Source: Trichoplax adhaerens
Taxonomy: Eukaryota > Animalia > Placozoa
Direction of reading: 5' to 3'
Length of the DNA: 64,000 nucleotides
NCBI RefSeq assembly: GCF_000150275.1
Contig: NW_002060948.1
Coordinates: 2,534,180-2,598,179 of the forward strand
Positions 37,801-51,235 of this stretch are shown here, one piece after another. The position numbers were made by a program, and so were the translations under genes. The stretch's first letter is position 1; every line of letters begins with the position of its first letter. The notes below the pieces were generated by a model that worked only from the letters and a program-made list of their open reading frames with translations, did not search any database and was not told where the DNA came from.

Positions 37801-39201
37801 TTATTTCAAAATCGGCTATTAGAATATAATGTCATGGACGCAACCGCATTGTACGACATCGTTTGATATCATGTTTCAGTCTGTAACCTTATATTATATT
37901 ATACAATGCTGTATACTGTACATGATAGAAAAAATTTTCTGTACAGCTTTTTAATTAAAGGACGTATCGAAAGTGAACGCAAATAATTGTTCAATTTTCA
38001 TTTCTACAATGAGTACGTACGGTGCAACTATAAAAGTAGTTATTACTTTGACTTTATTAATTAAAATCTGATTATATAATGCAACAGAAGAATTTACAAT
38101 AATTTTTTAATTCGTACGACTCATTAAGCACTTAGCCCACTCGTATTTACTGTATAAATAGAATTACTCTTTACTATGGATGAAAGCAATTGATAGATAC
38201 ATCTATATTCATATATAAGTATTCAATTTGAATCCGTATAGGCCAACATGCGTTTATTGGTATCGGCTTTGCGGATCGCAGCGATTCTTTCGATTTTAAT
38301 GTGACATTACAGGAGCATTTTAGGTAAGCAGAATTTTTTATATTCCTCCTAGCTTAACTAACTTCATGTAAATTAATCTTAGCGCGAATGATGATAGTTT
38401 TGTCTATGAATAAATCATAGTGTGAAGATAATTCTGTTACCATCATATATTTTCTTCCATTCAATAAATGCTACCAAACTTTTATTTTTAGATGGCTTAA
38501 AACTAGCGAAAGCATTGCTCAACAAAGTAATGAACCTGAGAAGCCAAAGTTGGATTTAAGCTTAAAGGAAGGGCAGACAATCCATATAAACCTGAAAGTA
38601 ATACAGATAATTTAATGTATTGTGATGATGTATATTACATGAATTAACTTCTAGTAATTTAATAACTGGAAATGTACCGAAAAATTGATTAATTGGAGAC
38701 TAATTTATAATAACATCATAGTCAAAAAAAGATGGAGAATCTTCTAATGCTCGTAAACCTGCAGCAGGTAAAAAACTTGATTCTTTCTCATATTATATAT
38801 GATATAATAGCATTGCATTTAAACAACTTTTTATAACGAAGGTGCTGGAATGGGATTCCTTCCTCCTCCTCCAACTTCCAAGAACCAAAACCCCCAACCG
38901 GTTTCAGCCCCTGCTGCCGACTTTCAACCTGCGTCACAGCAAAGTAATCAAGGTTTAACAGATTTTAATGTTTTTTCTAATCCCTCAGGTTCAACGGGAT
39001 GGAATTCTTTTCAATCGGCTGGGTAATTTTATTTCCACCTTAAATTCTATTCTCTTTAAATAAATCAGATAGTCTTATCTGTTGCAGTGATTTGAAGATC
39101 AAATAACATTGTTAAAATATTTTATTTTTGTATTTAACTCACCTGCTAGACAACAGACATCTGATCCTTCTGCAGCGAGACAGAATTGGGAAACATTCTA
39201 G
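34839..39201 (+). CDS. NECAP: Adaptin ear-binding coat-associated protein (NECAP), multi-exon
   Basis: [29 protein letters not shown]|[17 protein letters not shown]...[28 protein letters not shown]...[40 protein letters not shown], a polyproline stretch, and a terminal WxxF motif (NWETF*). Confidence 0.95.
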
Positions 39202-40718
39202 AAGTAAAACACATTTGGACATTGTTGGCGTTTTGTTCCCGACATTTTTGACTGACCTTTTATGGCTATCGTATAGAGATAAACTTTAGGTTACCAGTTT
39301 CATTGCAATAGCCCATAGAACGCATTATGTATGTTTATATTGTAGTGACATATTGCAATTGTCATTCCATTTCTTGCTGATTTTAATTGTTATATATCTA
39401 CTTGTATATGTTACTAGGAAATGAAAATAAATTGTCGTGTTTGATATATATTACAAGTACCTTTGAGATACTAGCGATATATTGTATGGCTCATCTGACA
39501 AGACTTTGATATTCGTGTTTAATATAATCTATCTGATGAGTTTTGTAAAATCTAATAAAGATGTAATCCATGTAAACTTATGGTGACAAATCCTATCTTT
39601 CTCGAAAATTTGTTATCGGATGATTTATTCCATCAAGATTCAAAATAGATCGCGGTGATGTTGCAAAAGACAGATCAGGTACATTAACGTTTCAGGCTAA
39701 ATCGATCTTTGACTTTCTGATATTGAGCAGTAACATTAAGTTCGAGTGCGAGTACTGAGTACACTATATAGCCCAGGCTATGTACTCGTATTTCCCGTGA
39801 CCGTCTTAACGTAATTATAATTATTGATAATGTTGGTATACAGTATATTGCAAGCGTATGCAGTTGTTTTGGAAGGCAGTGCGTTTCGCGAAATGCTGCT
39901 TTCTACCACCGCGTCTTCGCTAAGCGTAAATTAAAAGGAACATAATAATTTAAGGACTATCATCGATGGTCCTATCATGTCATACTTTGATTTAATTTAA
40001 TTCCATTGTCTATATACTAATTCTATATTGTTTATTCTAATTCGACCTTTATTGATTTAAAAAGATTTGATTCGGACATGAAATAGAACGATTTACATGT
40101 CAGTGTTGACAGCCCAGCCCGATAGCATACATTTTGTCTTCACTTACATTTGCAAAATACGACGGATTTTACAAATGGGAATTTCCATTTACTGTACAAT
40201 ACTGTTAGTACGCAAACCCAATCACAGCAGCTCACAGTTAAAGTAAAGTAAGCTGAACATAGTTCTAGCCCTAATCATTTTGCATCGAAATCGAGTTGGA
40301 TACAAAATGATTGGGGCGATTCAAGGACGACTAGGTCTTCTTGTAGTACTGTTACTGTAATCCATTAGTGCATGACCTTAGTCAATCGCATAGAACTGAC
40401 TCAGCGGCGGCGATCATAAAGGAAGCTTACCAGAATCGGTAGCCAGAATGAGACGCATGATAGTAAAGCATATTTTATTGGACGTTTAGAGTCTAGTGAC
40501 TCTAGTTTCGTCCGATCGTCCAGGCGTCCAAAGTAATATTGAATTAATTAATTATTTACTCACTGGCATACAGTACTCTACAAAAAGCTGTACCGTACTA
40601 GTCTGTACGGTAAGTGATATAGTGTACTGTATGACGGGACATGCCTATACGATCTTAAACATTTTGCTGTATTCATATGCGGTAGTTTCCATTTTTTGGC
40701 GGGAATTTTACCAGCAAC

Positions 40719-43700
40719 ATGGAAGGAAATAAAGAAAATACTTCTACGCTCTCGGTTAAATATGATCTGACGGACTTGCCGCAGCTTATGGCTGTATATT
40801 ATAAACGATTATTCCCATATCAATTGTATTATAAATGGCTAAGCTACGGAAATGGTTTGTATCGCTCTCTAGCTTTTTGGATTGCTTCTAGTAGTATGTT
40901 TACTGTACTGTAGCCTCGCTATACCTGTAAGGTTTGAATGAAAGATAGAATTAAAAAAAGGAAGAATTGTTAAAACACTTTCTATCAAAATAGGCCAACC
41001 TACAGTACAATATTTAGTCGGGAACATGAACAGTTCTACTATAATATATTATTATTGCTTAGATTGGTTAAAATGACAAATACACGTATTTGCATTCAAT
41101 TGATTGAAATAGAATCTATCACGATAATCTCCAATCTGTATAAAAAGATTGATTGCCATAGGTTTAGATAAATACTTAGTGGTTTTACACGCGTTGTCGT
41201 TAGTTTATAATTTAGTAAAATGTTGATCAAGTCTCCTTAAGGTAAAGATACAGGGATAAAATTGTAAGAAAAAAGTACGAGTATATACAAGAATTAAAAG
41301 AATCCCTTTTATGGATATAGATTCCTTTGATGTTAAGCCTTTTGCAAAACTGATGATGTTCAATGTTAAATCTAGTACCAGTAATGATGTACTGAAATTG
41401 TGGCTAGAATTAATAGCTAAATGTAATCATAACATTTTCTTTTATCTATACAGTTTCAAAGAACTATTTTGCAAATCGAGAATTTTCCTTTACTCTAAAG
41501 GATGATATATATGTTCGTTACTTATCATTTTCCGATAAGAACGAAATGCAAAAGGAAATTCAGAAGCGTTCGCCTTATAAAATCGACTTGGGAGCTGTTT
41601 ACTCTTTTAGGGTATACTTTTAGTGATAGATTGTACATAGTTATTGCTATTAACATGACAGATATTCAGTAAAAACGTTATTTTCTGCTGCATACGCTTA
41701 ACTATATCACCTGCTATTTGACATATCTACGTAGATTTAATAAATATAAGATACATAATTTGCCTAACAAACTGCTAAGTGTTCCTTCATTTAGTTTCAG
41801 TACTGTAGTTATTGTAATCCATTGTTTTAGTTAGATATCAAATTATGTTAGCAATGGTAAACATTATCCTTAGATATTCACATGGTTACTAATGAGCGAT
41901 ACATTTTTATAGCCTAAAGATCGAAATATGATTAAAAATAGTAGTTTTCAACCGGAAGAGAAAGAGTTAGTATTCGATATCGATATGACAGACTACGATG
42001 AAATAAGATCTTGTTGCAGGTATGTGCCTTCTGATACATAAATTCAATATATGATGCTCTGGGCGATTTTATCGTTAGTGTAGTACTGGCTAAATACAGT
42101 ACATTGAATCGCTATAAATTATTTTGATTTTGACACTGAATGTAGCACTATATGTAATATTAAATGAATCCCTTTCTCTGTGCCCCTTAGTGGTGCCGAA
42201 ATTTGCTCGAAGTGTTGGCCATTTATGACAGTGGCTATGAAGATCCTTGATGCTGCGCTTAGAGGTTGTATTATTGTATTCCATAACCACTTCCTTATAC
42301 TATACTACCTTGTTATCTTTATTCTCCATTTTATAACTATATTGAAGTTTAATATACAGTACATATGTAGCTACGTTCATAGTAAGCGTAAGTTACAAAG
42401 CTAAATCACTTTTCGTTGTAAAATTATGTATATTACGAGATACGAATTCAGTTTATGATGACTTAGCTAATTCCTAGATATGATTTCATAGTTAATTGAA
42501 CTTTCAGATCTGTAATGCTAAATTTCCGATATCGTATAGCTGACGTAGTTTAACATGACATTAAGAATCACCTATGTTAGTTGATTCTGTGGAGTCTTGA
42601 TACAATTTCGAAATTTATGATGTTCTTACGTATTAGGTATACTGCGATAACATAGCATAAATCAACCGTTGGAATAAATTCTGAATTATAATGTAATAAT
42701 ATAAGTCTATAGGAAGTATATTTATTAATTACTACGAGAAGGGAATAATGCCTTGTTGCCCATTCCGTGGGTGTAGTAACTAAATTAAATTTTATTGCAT
42801 CTAACAAAGCAAATTAGAATTCTAGATGTATTCATTACGTTATTTTTTTAGGCTATACTGCTAATTGATGTATCTAGCATTATCTAGATTTAAAACTATG
42901 ATATTATTTACAGAGGATTTTGGCTTTCACCATCTTTTATGGGTATACAGTGGGAGAAGAGGAATTCATTGTTGGGTTTGCGATGCTGCAGCTAGAAAAC
43001 TATCGCAGAGTGCGCGATCTGCTATTGCAGAGTACTTGACGATAATAAAGGTAGTCGACATTAGCTATTAGGATTTTATGTTGTAGTTTCTCCTTTAAGA
43101 TTTTAATAGGTAAATACGCGTATTCTACTTTAACTGTCCATTATTTGTCAAAGGGTGGTGAAGGCCATGTCAAGAGAGTTCATTTCAAAAATCAGGCTTA
43201 TCTGCATCCCTCTATACAGTTAGCTATGTTTTACATTCTGGGCTAGGCATCATAACTATAGTATATCTTGTGCTAACTAATGTTTGATATAGATTAATTT
43301 TTAAATTGAAATCTGCTTATCAAATTTAGGCGTGCATTGAAAACAATAGAGAGCTATTTTGAAGATTTGCTCCTTAAGAAACAAAATATCTTAGAGTCAG
43401 AAGAGAGCTCGAACAAAGTGCTTGCTTTAATTCCAGATAAAAATATCTTAAAAGATCAAATTCGATTTTACTTTTTTTGTTATTCCGCTTGTCTCGAATT
43501 ATATCTGCCAAAATCCCTTAACTTCAATACATATTAGATCAGCATTAAGTGAGGAATGGAATAACTCGGGACTATCATCATTGCAAAAGTGGAGCTTATT
43601 AAAACAAAAAATTGAAAAAGATATTGTTAGTACGAAGGTAACTGAAAACCAGCACATTGTATGCCGACGTCTTTGCTTACTACTGATTAACATTCTCTCG

Positions 43701-44648
43701 TTAATCATATAGAATTCAGTATTAACACACTGCGTCGCAGAAATTCAATTGCAATATACTTACCCGAGGCTTGATATAAATGTCAGTAAAGGAATTAATC
43801 ACTTGCTAAAGAGTCCATTTTGTATCCATCCGAAAACTGGTTAGATTTTATTATTAGCATCATTATTGTAACAATGCTGACTATGTCTTGAAAGTAATAC
43901 GATTACTGTATTTGTGAATATATTTAGGTCGAGTATGTGTCCCTATTCCTGCTACCGATATTGATAACTTTGATCCTTTTTCTGTCCCTAACATTTGGTA
44001 AGCATATTTTTTATTTTCCGACTTTTAAAAAATTTTTCTAAGAATGTTTCATTTATGCTATGATGTAGCCACTTATGTAGCGAACTTGACGACAGCGATA
44101 GTAACATTGAGAAAAATAGCGAAGAAGGTGATACTAATTCTGCTAGCTGTTGAATGCGTATCGGCTCTAATACAATATTGACTGTATTAGAATTGCAATA
44201 GTGCCACTTTCCATAAATTTATAATCAAGTGCTTTTTAGAAAGTCGTAGAATTTTATGTATTTATTAATATGGAGAGCGATTAATCAGTAATTTCAATGA
44301 TTCATCTAGGTTACATGCGAACCTCACTTTACAGATGTATCAAAGTGTTTAAAACTTTTGTTGAGCAAATGCAAAGCGAAAACATGAACATTAAAAATTC
44401 TCAGAAAATGCAATCAACCGGTATTTCTATCCCATATATATATGCTTTAAACTGTTATCGTTGCTGCTAAACTTGTAGCGATATTGCGATAGATTTTGAA
44501 TGCAATGTGCACGCAATTGTAACCTCGTTCAATTATTACTACTTCCTACAATATCGTTATATCGCAGCTTATTTATGGGACAGCCTTATTTGAACTGTAT
44601 TAATGATTAGGATCCTGATTTATGTATTTTATATTTCTAGATTGGTAA
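40719..44648 (+). CDS. PRIM1: DNA primase small (catalytic) subunit, multi-exon
   Basis: [100 protein letters not shown]. The 8-nt terminal micro-exon (44641-44648, ...STDW*) is inferred. Confidence 0.95.
43443..43530 (+). other. U12-type (minor spliceosome) AT-AC intron in PRIM1
   Basis: 5' end ATATCTTA, U12-like branch site TCCCTTAAC at 43514-43522, 3' end CAATAC. Removal gives in-frame [17 protein letters not shown]...LQKWSLLK. Confidence 0.85.
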
Positions 44649-47600
44649 AATTCGGATCACTTCCGTACTCGTTCATGGATTTCTTTCTTGTCCTTTCCGA
44701 TTTTCATATTTTATGTGGCAGGCCTAAAATATTCTTTTAAATTATGCTACTTAGTGAGATGAAACTAAAATGAAGCATATGTATTTGGGACATTCTATCA
44801 TATTCCGTAAGGACATTGAAGTCTTGGTATTAGTATGACATGGCTGCTATCATCCTGTACACAATTGTTTGCGAATATTAATTGGCAGGACAAACGCTGA
44901 TAAAAAATAGGGCTTAAATCGCCTTGTTACTTATTTTGGAAAATTTAATAGTACATGTTTATATACACATTCCTATAATGCCTAGACCTGTTCCTAACTT
45001 AATAAATTTTTAATTAATTCTGTCTGTAAGATATGGTTATAATTTCTAATGTTACAAATGTATAAAGTTGTTACATTATAAAAGTAAAAGTTAAATGTGC
45101 TGCATTTTTGAATTTATGTTTGTGCACCTGAAACATCAGTTTATAGGTATTCATTTGTAGACAAGATCGTACAGTGTTAACATTATAGAAATAAAATTGC
45201 AAATATCGCATAACGTCTGAGGATATACCTATTGAAGAGACGATACACATTTTCGTGAAAATCGTTAACCTTTTTTTAAACGTTTAGATGAAAGTGATTG
45301 AAAAGTCTGAAATGTCAGGAGTAAGGCGTTGACATATTAAGTTGATACTGAAGACGATATCGAAGGCATTAGTATCTATCTTTTGTTTATTTATTTTAAA
45401 TACCGTCGTGCCTTATTAGACCAGTTGTAGGTTAATTGATATCTCTTGAAGCCTACAGTCTGACAAGTATCGTATTTACGTAAACCTGGCTAGCGTCTTC
45501 AGTATTATATAATATAAACGCGGTATCTACTGAAGCAATTCAAGCGCAGGAAGGAAGTACAGTATTTCATATTTATATTTAGTAAATACGCATATCATTT
45601 CGAATTAATTCATTCCAGATATTGTAGTGATAAGTTCGATAAATGTAAAGTAAAAGTGCGAATATCTACAGACTGTATAGTGTATACAGTACGCTAAGTG
45701 TTACGAGCGTGGGTTCTACTAGTGATCTAATAGTTCCTCCTATCTCGTCCATCTACTGTACAAGTGTACATATGCTATGCATACCTTAAATAGACAGCAT
45801 CACTCTGTGCAGTACAGTAGTACTGTACTGTACTGCATATTGTGCTAAAAGGTGACTAATCTACAGTACATACTGTACAGTGCCATCTAAACAAATATTA
45901 TTATTATTATTTTTATTTACGCTGGTACAGTACTGTATATCCGCTTTAAGTTCATGAAGACCATGACGCGATGATTAACTATTCGCTGAACAGCTTTACA
46001 ACCTAATTTTTACTACAGTCCGCTTGCGAGATTTTGTGCGGTATCTATTTTTAGTCTTAATTAATTACAATATGGTGGCATTGACTTTATGGGGTATATT
46101 GCAGGAATGTAACCCTATATGCTGTACTCCTGTTTACATTTGCATAGAGTAGCTTAGCTTACTACTAGAAAGAGTTTCTTACAAGAGTCTCTACGTCCAA
46201 TTAATTAGCACAAGTATACAGTACAGTACAGTAAAGCACAATTTTCATCAGGAACTGCCCCAATTTTAATGTTTTATGGTTCCTTGTGTTACGATTTTAT
46301 CATATTATCATTACAATAAGATATACTATTACAATGATAGTTTTAATTTTGGGCAGCATCCTTTTTGTATCCTACACTATATTGAACAAGTATGCAAATG
46401 TCCTCGACCGTTCTTTTGTTTGTTATTTTGTTTACAGTTGACCTTCAGCATACCGAAAACAAAAATACGGTGAACAAGAGCCGTACGGTACAAGTCTTTT
46501 ATAGCGAATAAAGTATGTGTAGCCATGTGGCACTGGATAGAATACCATGTATAGTAGCGTACAAATAACTTCCATGAACATAATAAGGCTAGTAGAGGAA
46601 AGACTTGACAGTAAAGACGTTGATCCGAATTTTCAAATAGACAAATAAGGGTCATTAGACAATGCGGAATAGCGAGAATGGAACATTGTACAATAAATGC
46701 CATAGAAATTGGTTTACCTATTTTTTATTACACGCCGCACTACTGTAGTCTACATTACTGACTTCAATAGGGCAATCAGTCAGTCATCGTTTCCCAAAAA
46801 AAGTTCTGTGCTACACTGTACGCTGCCCCCCACTTGCCCCGCTGTGTGTATTGTACTGTACAGTATTATACACAGTAAATTCATTGTGTCTTTAAAAAGC
46901 CTGTAATCCACGCCAGTTGTACATAACAATTTGCGGCATGTCAATTTTCCCTCCATTCGTGTTTGTTTTATTTTCGCGAGAAATCACTGAAATCGTTTCA
47001 CTGCGGTACTGAGTTGCCTCTTTCCTCACATCAGCAATTATCCTTGTTGATTTTTACACACATCAATACCCATTTTATGGTCGTTTGGAATTAAATACTA
47101 AAGAACTATTCCTTTTTCAACAGTTTCCAACCGGTAAGAATTGAAACTTATACTCAGCCCCGTCATTTTGTCAAACTGTACGCATACAGTACACTAATAC
47201 CGATTACTGAGAAGCATAAATACAAATACTACTGTACTAGAGAAAACTTGTTTACGATTTTCCAAGTTAAAATAATAGTCCTTTAATTAATTGCACCGAA
47301 ATAGAATTGCGACTTAGCATCTTACTCCTATATTGTTTATTTCAGAAAGCATAAGGCGATCTGCCAATATCTCGTCACGAAAATTGAAAATTAGTCTTCG
47401 TTTCGATACGAAACACAGCAAGAGCAAGAACAAGAGCGTGACAAATGTAAGATACACGATACTGTTTTCGTAATTAAGATGTAAATAGATATACGTACAG
47501 TAGATTATGTGGCATAGACTTAGTTACTATGATGGGTATCGTTATGTAGGTAATATTTTCGTATGTAGCAGATCGATGTACAAAATGATGGATTAAGTTT

Positions 47601-48585
47601 AATTTAAAGTGGAGCACTTTCCTTTTGATATCTGCATAGTTAATAGAGTATTTAGTATAGTAGTTTAGTAGTGAATAGAAAAATCTGGGTTGCGTGCCAT
47701 CATAGTAATGTCAACTACTATACACGATTGCACTGTACCGTAGGCAGTTGTACAGTGTTGTACTGTACTTCACTTTACTACAGCACTTGCACATCTACCT
47801 GCACAGTACAGTCGACTAATTTACTAGAAGTAAAAAACACCGAATGGAACCAAATATTGAACCTTAGGTACTACTCTACCGACAATATAGTTTGAACTCG
47901 TAGGGAAATTTGTTATTGTTGTTGCTGTACACTACCATGCCCGGCGACGCCAAGTGTTTATATGCAGTGGCTAGTACTATACGTAGTATTGTTTTGTAAT
48001 CGTCTAGTATTTTACTACATAACAAATTTCTATTTGCACAGTGTGTTGCATTGAAAGCATAATTACAAAAGAATTAATTATAATTTACGGTAATTTTAAA
48101 TTGAACAAATAGCCTGGGTTGTCTATACGAAGTAGAGTCCAGTATTAACTGACCTTTCCCAAACATTGTATTTCGCCATAATTATATCCAATCTGATCTA
48201 GTGTGTGTATTTGTACGATTATTCCTATGCTTTGAACTGTGAGTTTACAGTAAAATGTGGGCTTGGCTGGGCGTGAGATTTGCAAAAGTACATTAATTAA
48301 AGCGGTTAGGTTACGATTTGCAAATGGACCATTTTGATAAAGTATTTTACCCGTATTTACAGATCGAGCAGAGGTAGCGGTTGATTATTTCTACGCGATA
48401 TCTGAATCTAAATTATTTCCTATTAAGGAAGAAGGTCTAAATTGACATACGCGTACTTGTTTTAAATGCATCAACGAGGTTAATAATAAAGAAAGTTTTA
48501 CGATACTGATTATTAATTGAATGAGTACACACAACGGCGCATTCCAGGAAATGTGTACTCTATGACTTCAGTTTTCCAGTTTATG

Positions 48586-48830
48586 CATACAGTACACAGT
48601 GCCGGTGTCATGATAGTATGTACTGTATTGTATCGGCTGTGAACTTGCTTTGTCATTGAGGTCATACTGTACAGTACAGTAGAATCGTATAGGACAGTAC
48701 TGTAGTTCCGTACTGTACTGTACTGTGTATTTGGACAAAGCACAGTAATTTATGCACAATGTACAGTACAGTACAGTGTACAGTACAAACTGTAGTACCG
48801 TACTGGATCTGTAACTAGAACACTACAGTT
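48586..48830. repeat. TAC(A/T)G pentamer cluster upstream of the CaMK1-like gene (more at 45810-45940, 46216-46232, 46810-46870, 47730-47810)
   Basis: TACTGTACAGTACAGTA, TACTGTACTGTACTG, TACAGTACAGTACAGTGTACAGTACA. Confidence 0.75.
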
Positions 48831-49425
48831 CTACGGTTATGATAAGCACCTTGGTAACCGCCATGGACTTTGATCCCTCTGATGGATGATGACTGGCTGT
48901 AAATCAACTTTGATCTCATATTGATTAACCTCTAATTGGCAGGAAGTTGACCTGTATTCTATTCGTATATCTTACATAGCATGTAGTAGGATAGTAACAA
49001 CTGTAGATTAGACGATTGAACTATATAGGAATACTAGGCATACAGTACATTCGACATTAATTTGCATTGCAGGCTCTTTAATTCTATCAACAATAAGCAG
49101 TAATATAATAGTAATAGTTGAAACGAAATTCTGTAATTAATTAATGTAAAGATGGCTGAAATGAAAAGTTGAGAGTACATGCAGTGATTATGCAGTACTT
49201 TTGCCATGGACTAAAGACGATTACATTTAATTGTCTGCAGTACTATAGTGATATGACTGTAAGATTTCAAAGTTGTCGGCTGTTACAACTCTACACAGTA
49301 CCGTAGTAAATGGCATATGAAATCAACGGTTACCTATGAACTATGGAATGAGGGCCATGAACTATGAACTGCAAAAACATATAAAAATGCAAAAGTACCA
49401 AAGGCATTTGGTTGTCTCTTAAGGC

Positions 49426-49592
49426 ATTTTTGACTATCGTCAATGTACGCTTATTAGTAGCCCATCCAGTACATATGAAAAGGAGCTGAAACTACTTATT
49501 TCTGCACGCATTTATGCCTATCATCAATGTATGCTAATTAGTTACTCATCTAATTTATGTGAAAAGGAGCTGAAACTACTTACTGTATTTCT
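49426..49592. repeat. Degenerate tandem duplication, ~84-bp period
   Basis: TGAAAAGGAGCTGAAACTACTTA and CTATC.TCAATGTA.GCT.ATTAGT each occur twice. Confidence 0.75.
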
Positions 49593-51235
49593 GTGGTTTA
49601 GAGGCTAGCAGTTATGTACGTGGTCAGTGTTATAGTAAGGTCACGTAAACTCTGTTTTTTTGTCTTCGGCTTTTCTACTATTTCGTCTCATGTACAGTAC
49701 ATACAATAGGCTTTACAAGGCACAATATTGTGATGGCTACCCATTGATGAATATACTATTTCCGCTAGGCACCCGCTAGTTTTCTTCCCTTATAGACACT
49801 TTGGACCCGTAAATCAAAGATTTGTTCCATATAGTTCTATGGTATAGTTTATGACGGACTTATAGCGAGACTGACACCGTCAATCTAACAGTTCTAACTG
49901 GTGTTGTAACTAACTAGAAAGACGTGAAGGCGTGATTCTTAAAATGGGGGGTGCGGCGTGAAATACATTATAAATTTAAGAATTTTCTACAGTAGTTATT
50001 TTGAAAGAAATATTGATAATATCAACCCGATTATGGTACGGCGCTGTGCAGTTACATCATACTAATTCCTTTACGACACTTACAATTGTGCAGGAAGGAA
50101 GAATGGACGAGTAAATAGATTTTTTCGAGACAACGCTCGAGTCTAGATTAGTGAACTCGTACAGTATATGTACATTGGTGCGTTATGACTGTCACGTTAC
50201 TACACAATTCTCAGATATTATGCCGTAGGTCACAACAATGCAGGCATTTTTGTAGTGTATGGTTGAACTTAGTGTTTATTTATATTTTCGATCTCTGGTA
50301 TGCGATGTTTAATTCTTCAATTCCGCTATTATTTACTTTAAGATACACTCCTCCGTTCATAGTTTACAGGAAATGTCATCCAAACCCACAAAACCCATAT
50401 TCACAATAGTTAACGCTGTATAGTATTACAATACAGAATATATTGTCAACATTACCATAGGTTGTACTAGGTGAGACCATACAGGTAGAGGTAAGGTTCT
50501 TACCTGTATGCGTACAGTATGGTACTAGAGGTAGTGAGGTAACCATGATTGCTACTTTGAACCATTACCGCTCCAAGCTTTTACACGATAATATTTGTAA
50601 AATGATTGCGCAATATTTTTCCCCTCCCACAATGTTGCAACTCTAGTGATGAAATAGTATGTAATGCTATATAGTACTGTAATGGCATAGAAGATGCTTT
50701 TTAAGAATTGTAAACATTATGCGTTAATACAATACCGTTTGTATGTTTAACCCACGGTTTTACCCCAGCATTGGGGTATTTATGCATTGGTGCTTGCCAA
50801 TTAGCTCATTTTCAAACCAAATTCAGAACCGTGTGGCCAATGCTGTCGTGCGATCTGTTACAACGTATATTTTTGTCGAAGCCCTAACAAGTGTCTAAAT
50901 TTCACAATAGACTTCCCCGGTATGAACTAGAGAATGATACAGTATTTAATTAAATATACGTGGTATACTACTGTAGACTCTTATTGTAAAGCGCTGGATA
51001 AGATGTGCTAGTTTCGAGATTATCCTCAAAATTGTCGGTCTTGAGTATTAGCGATAATGTGTGATAAAACTATATTCGTATTGCGCTTACTACGATATAA
51101 TTAGTGTCTACTTGATATAACACGTGTAATGATGTGCACTGCTCTCTTGATTGTAGAACTATACTTTTCTTATGCTTTTTTAAATCTGTCTCGCAAGCTG
51201 TGTTAATAATTTTATGAATTATTATCTTTGTAGAA

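Noticed and set aside
41612-41912. PRIM1 intron starting GTATACTTT as a second U12 intron
   Set aside because: Lacks the +5 C of the U12 donor and has no CCTTAAC branch site near the acceptor.
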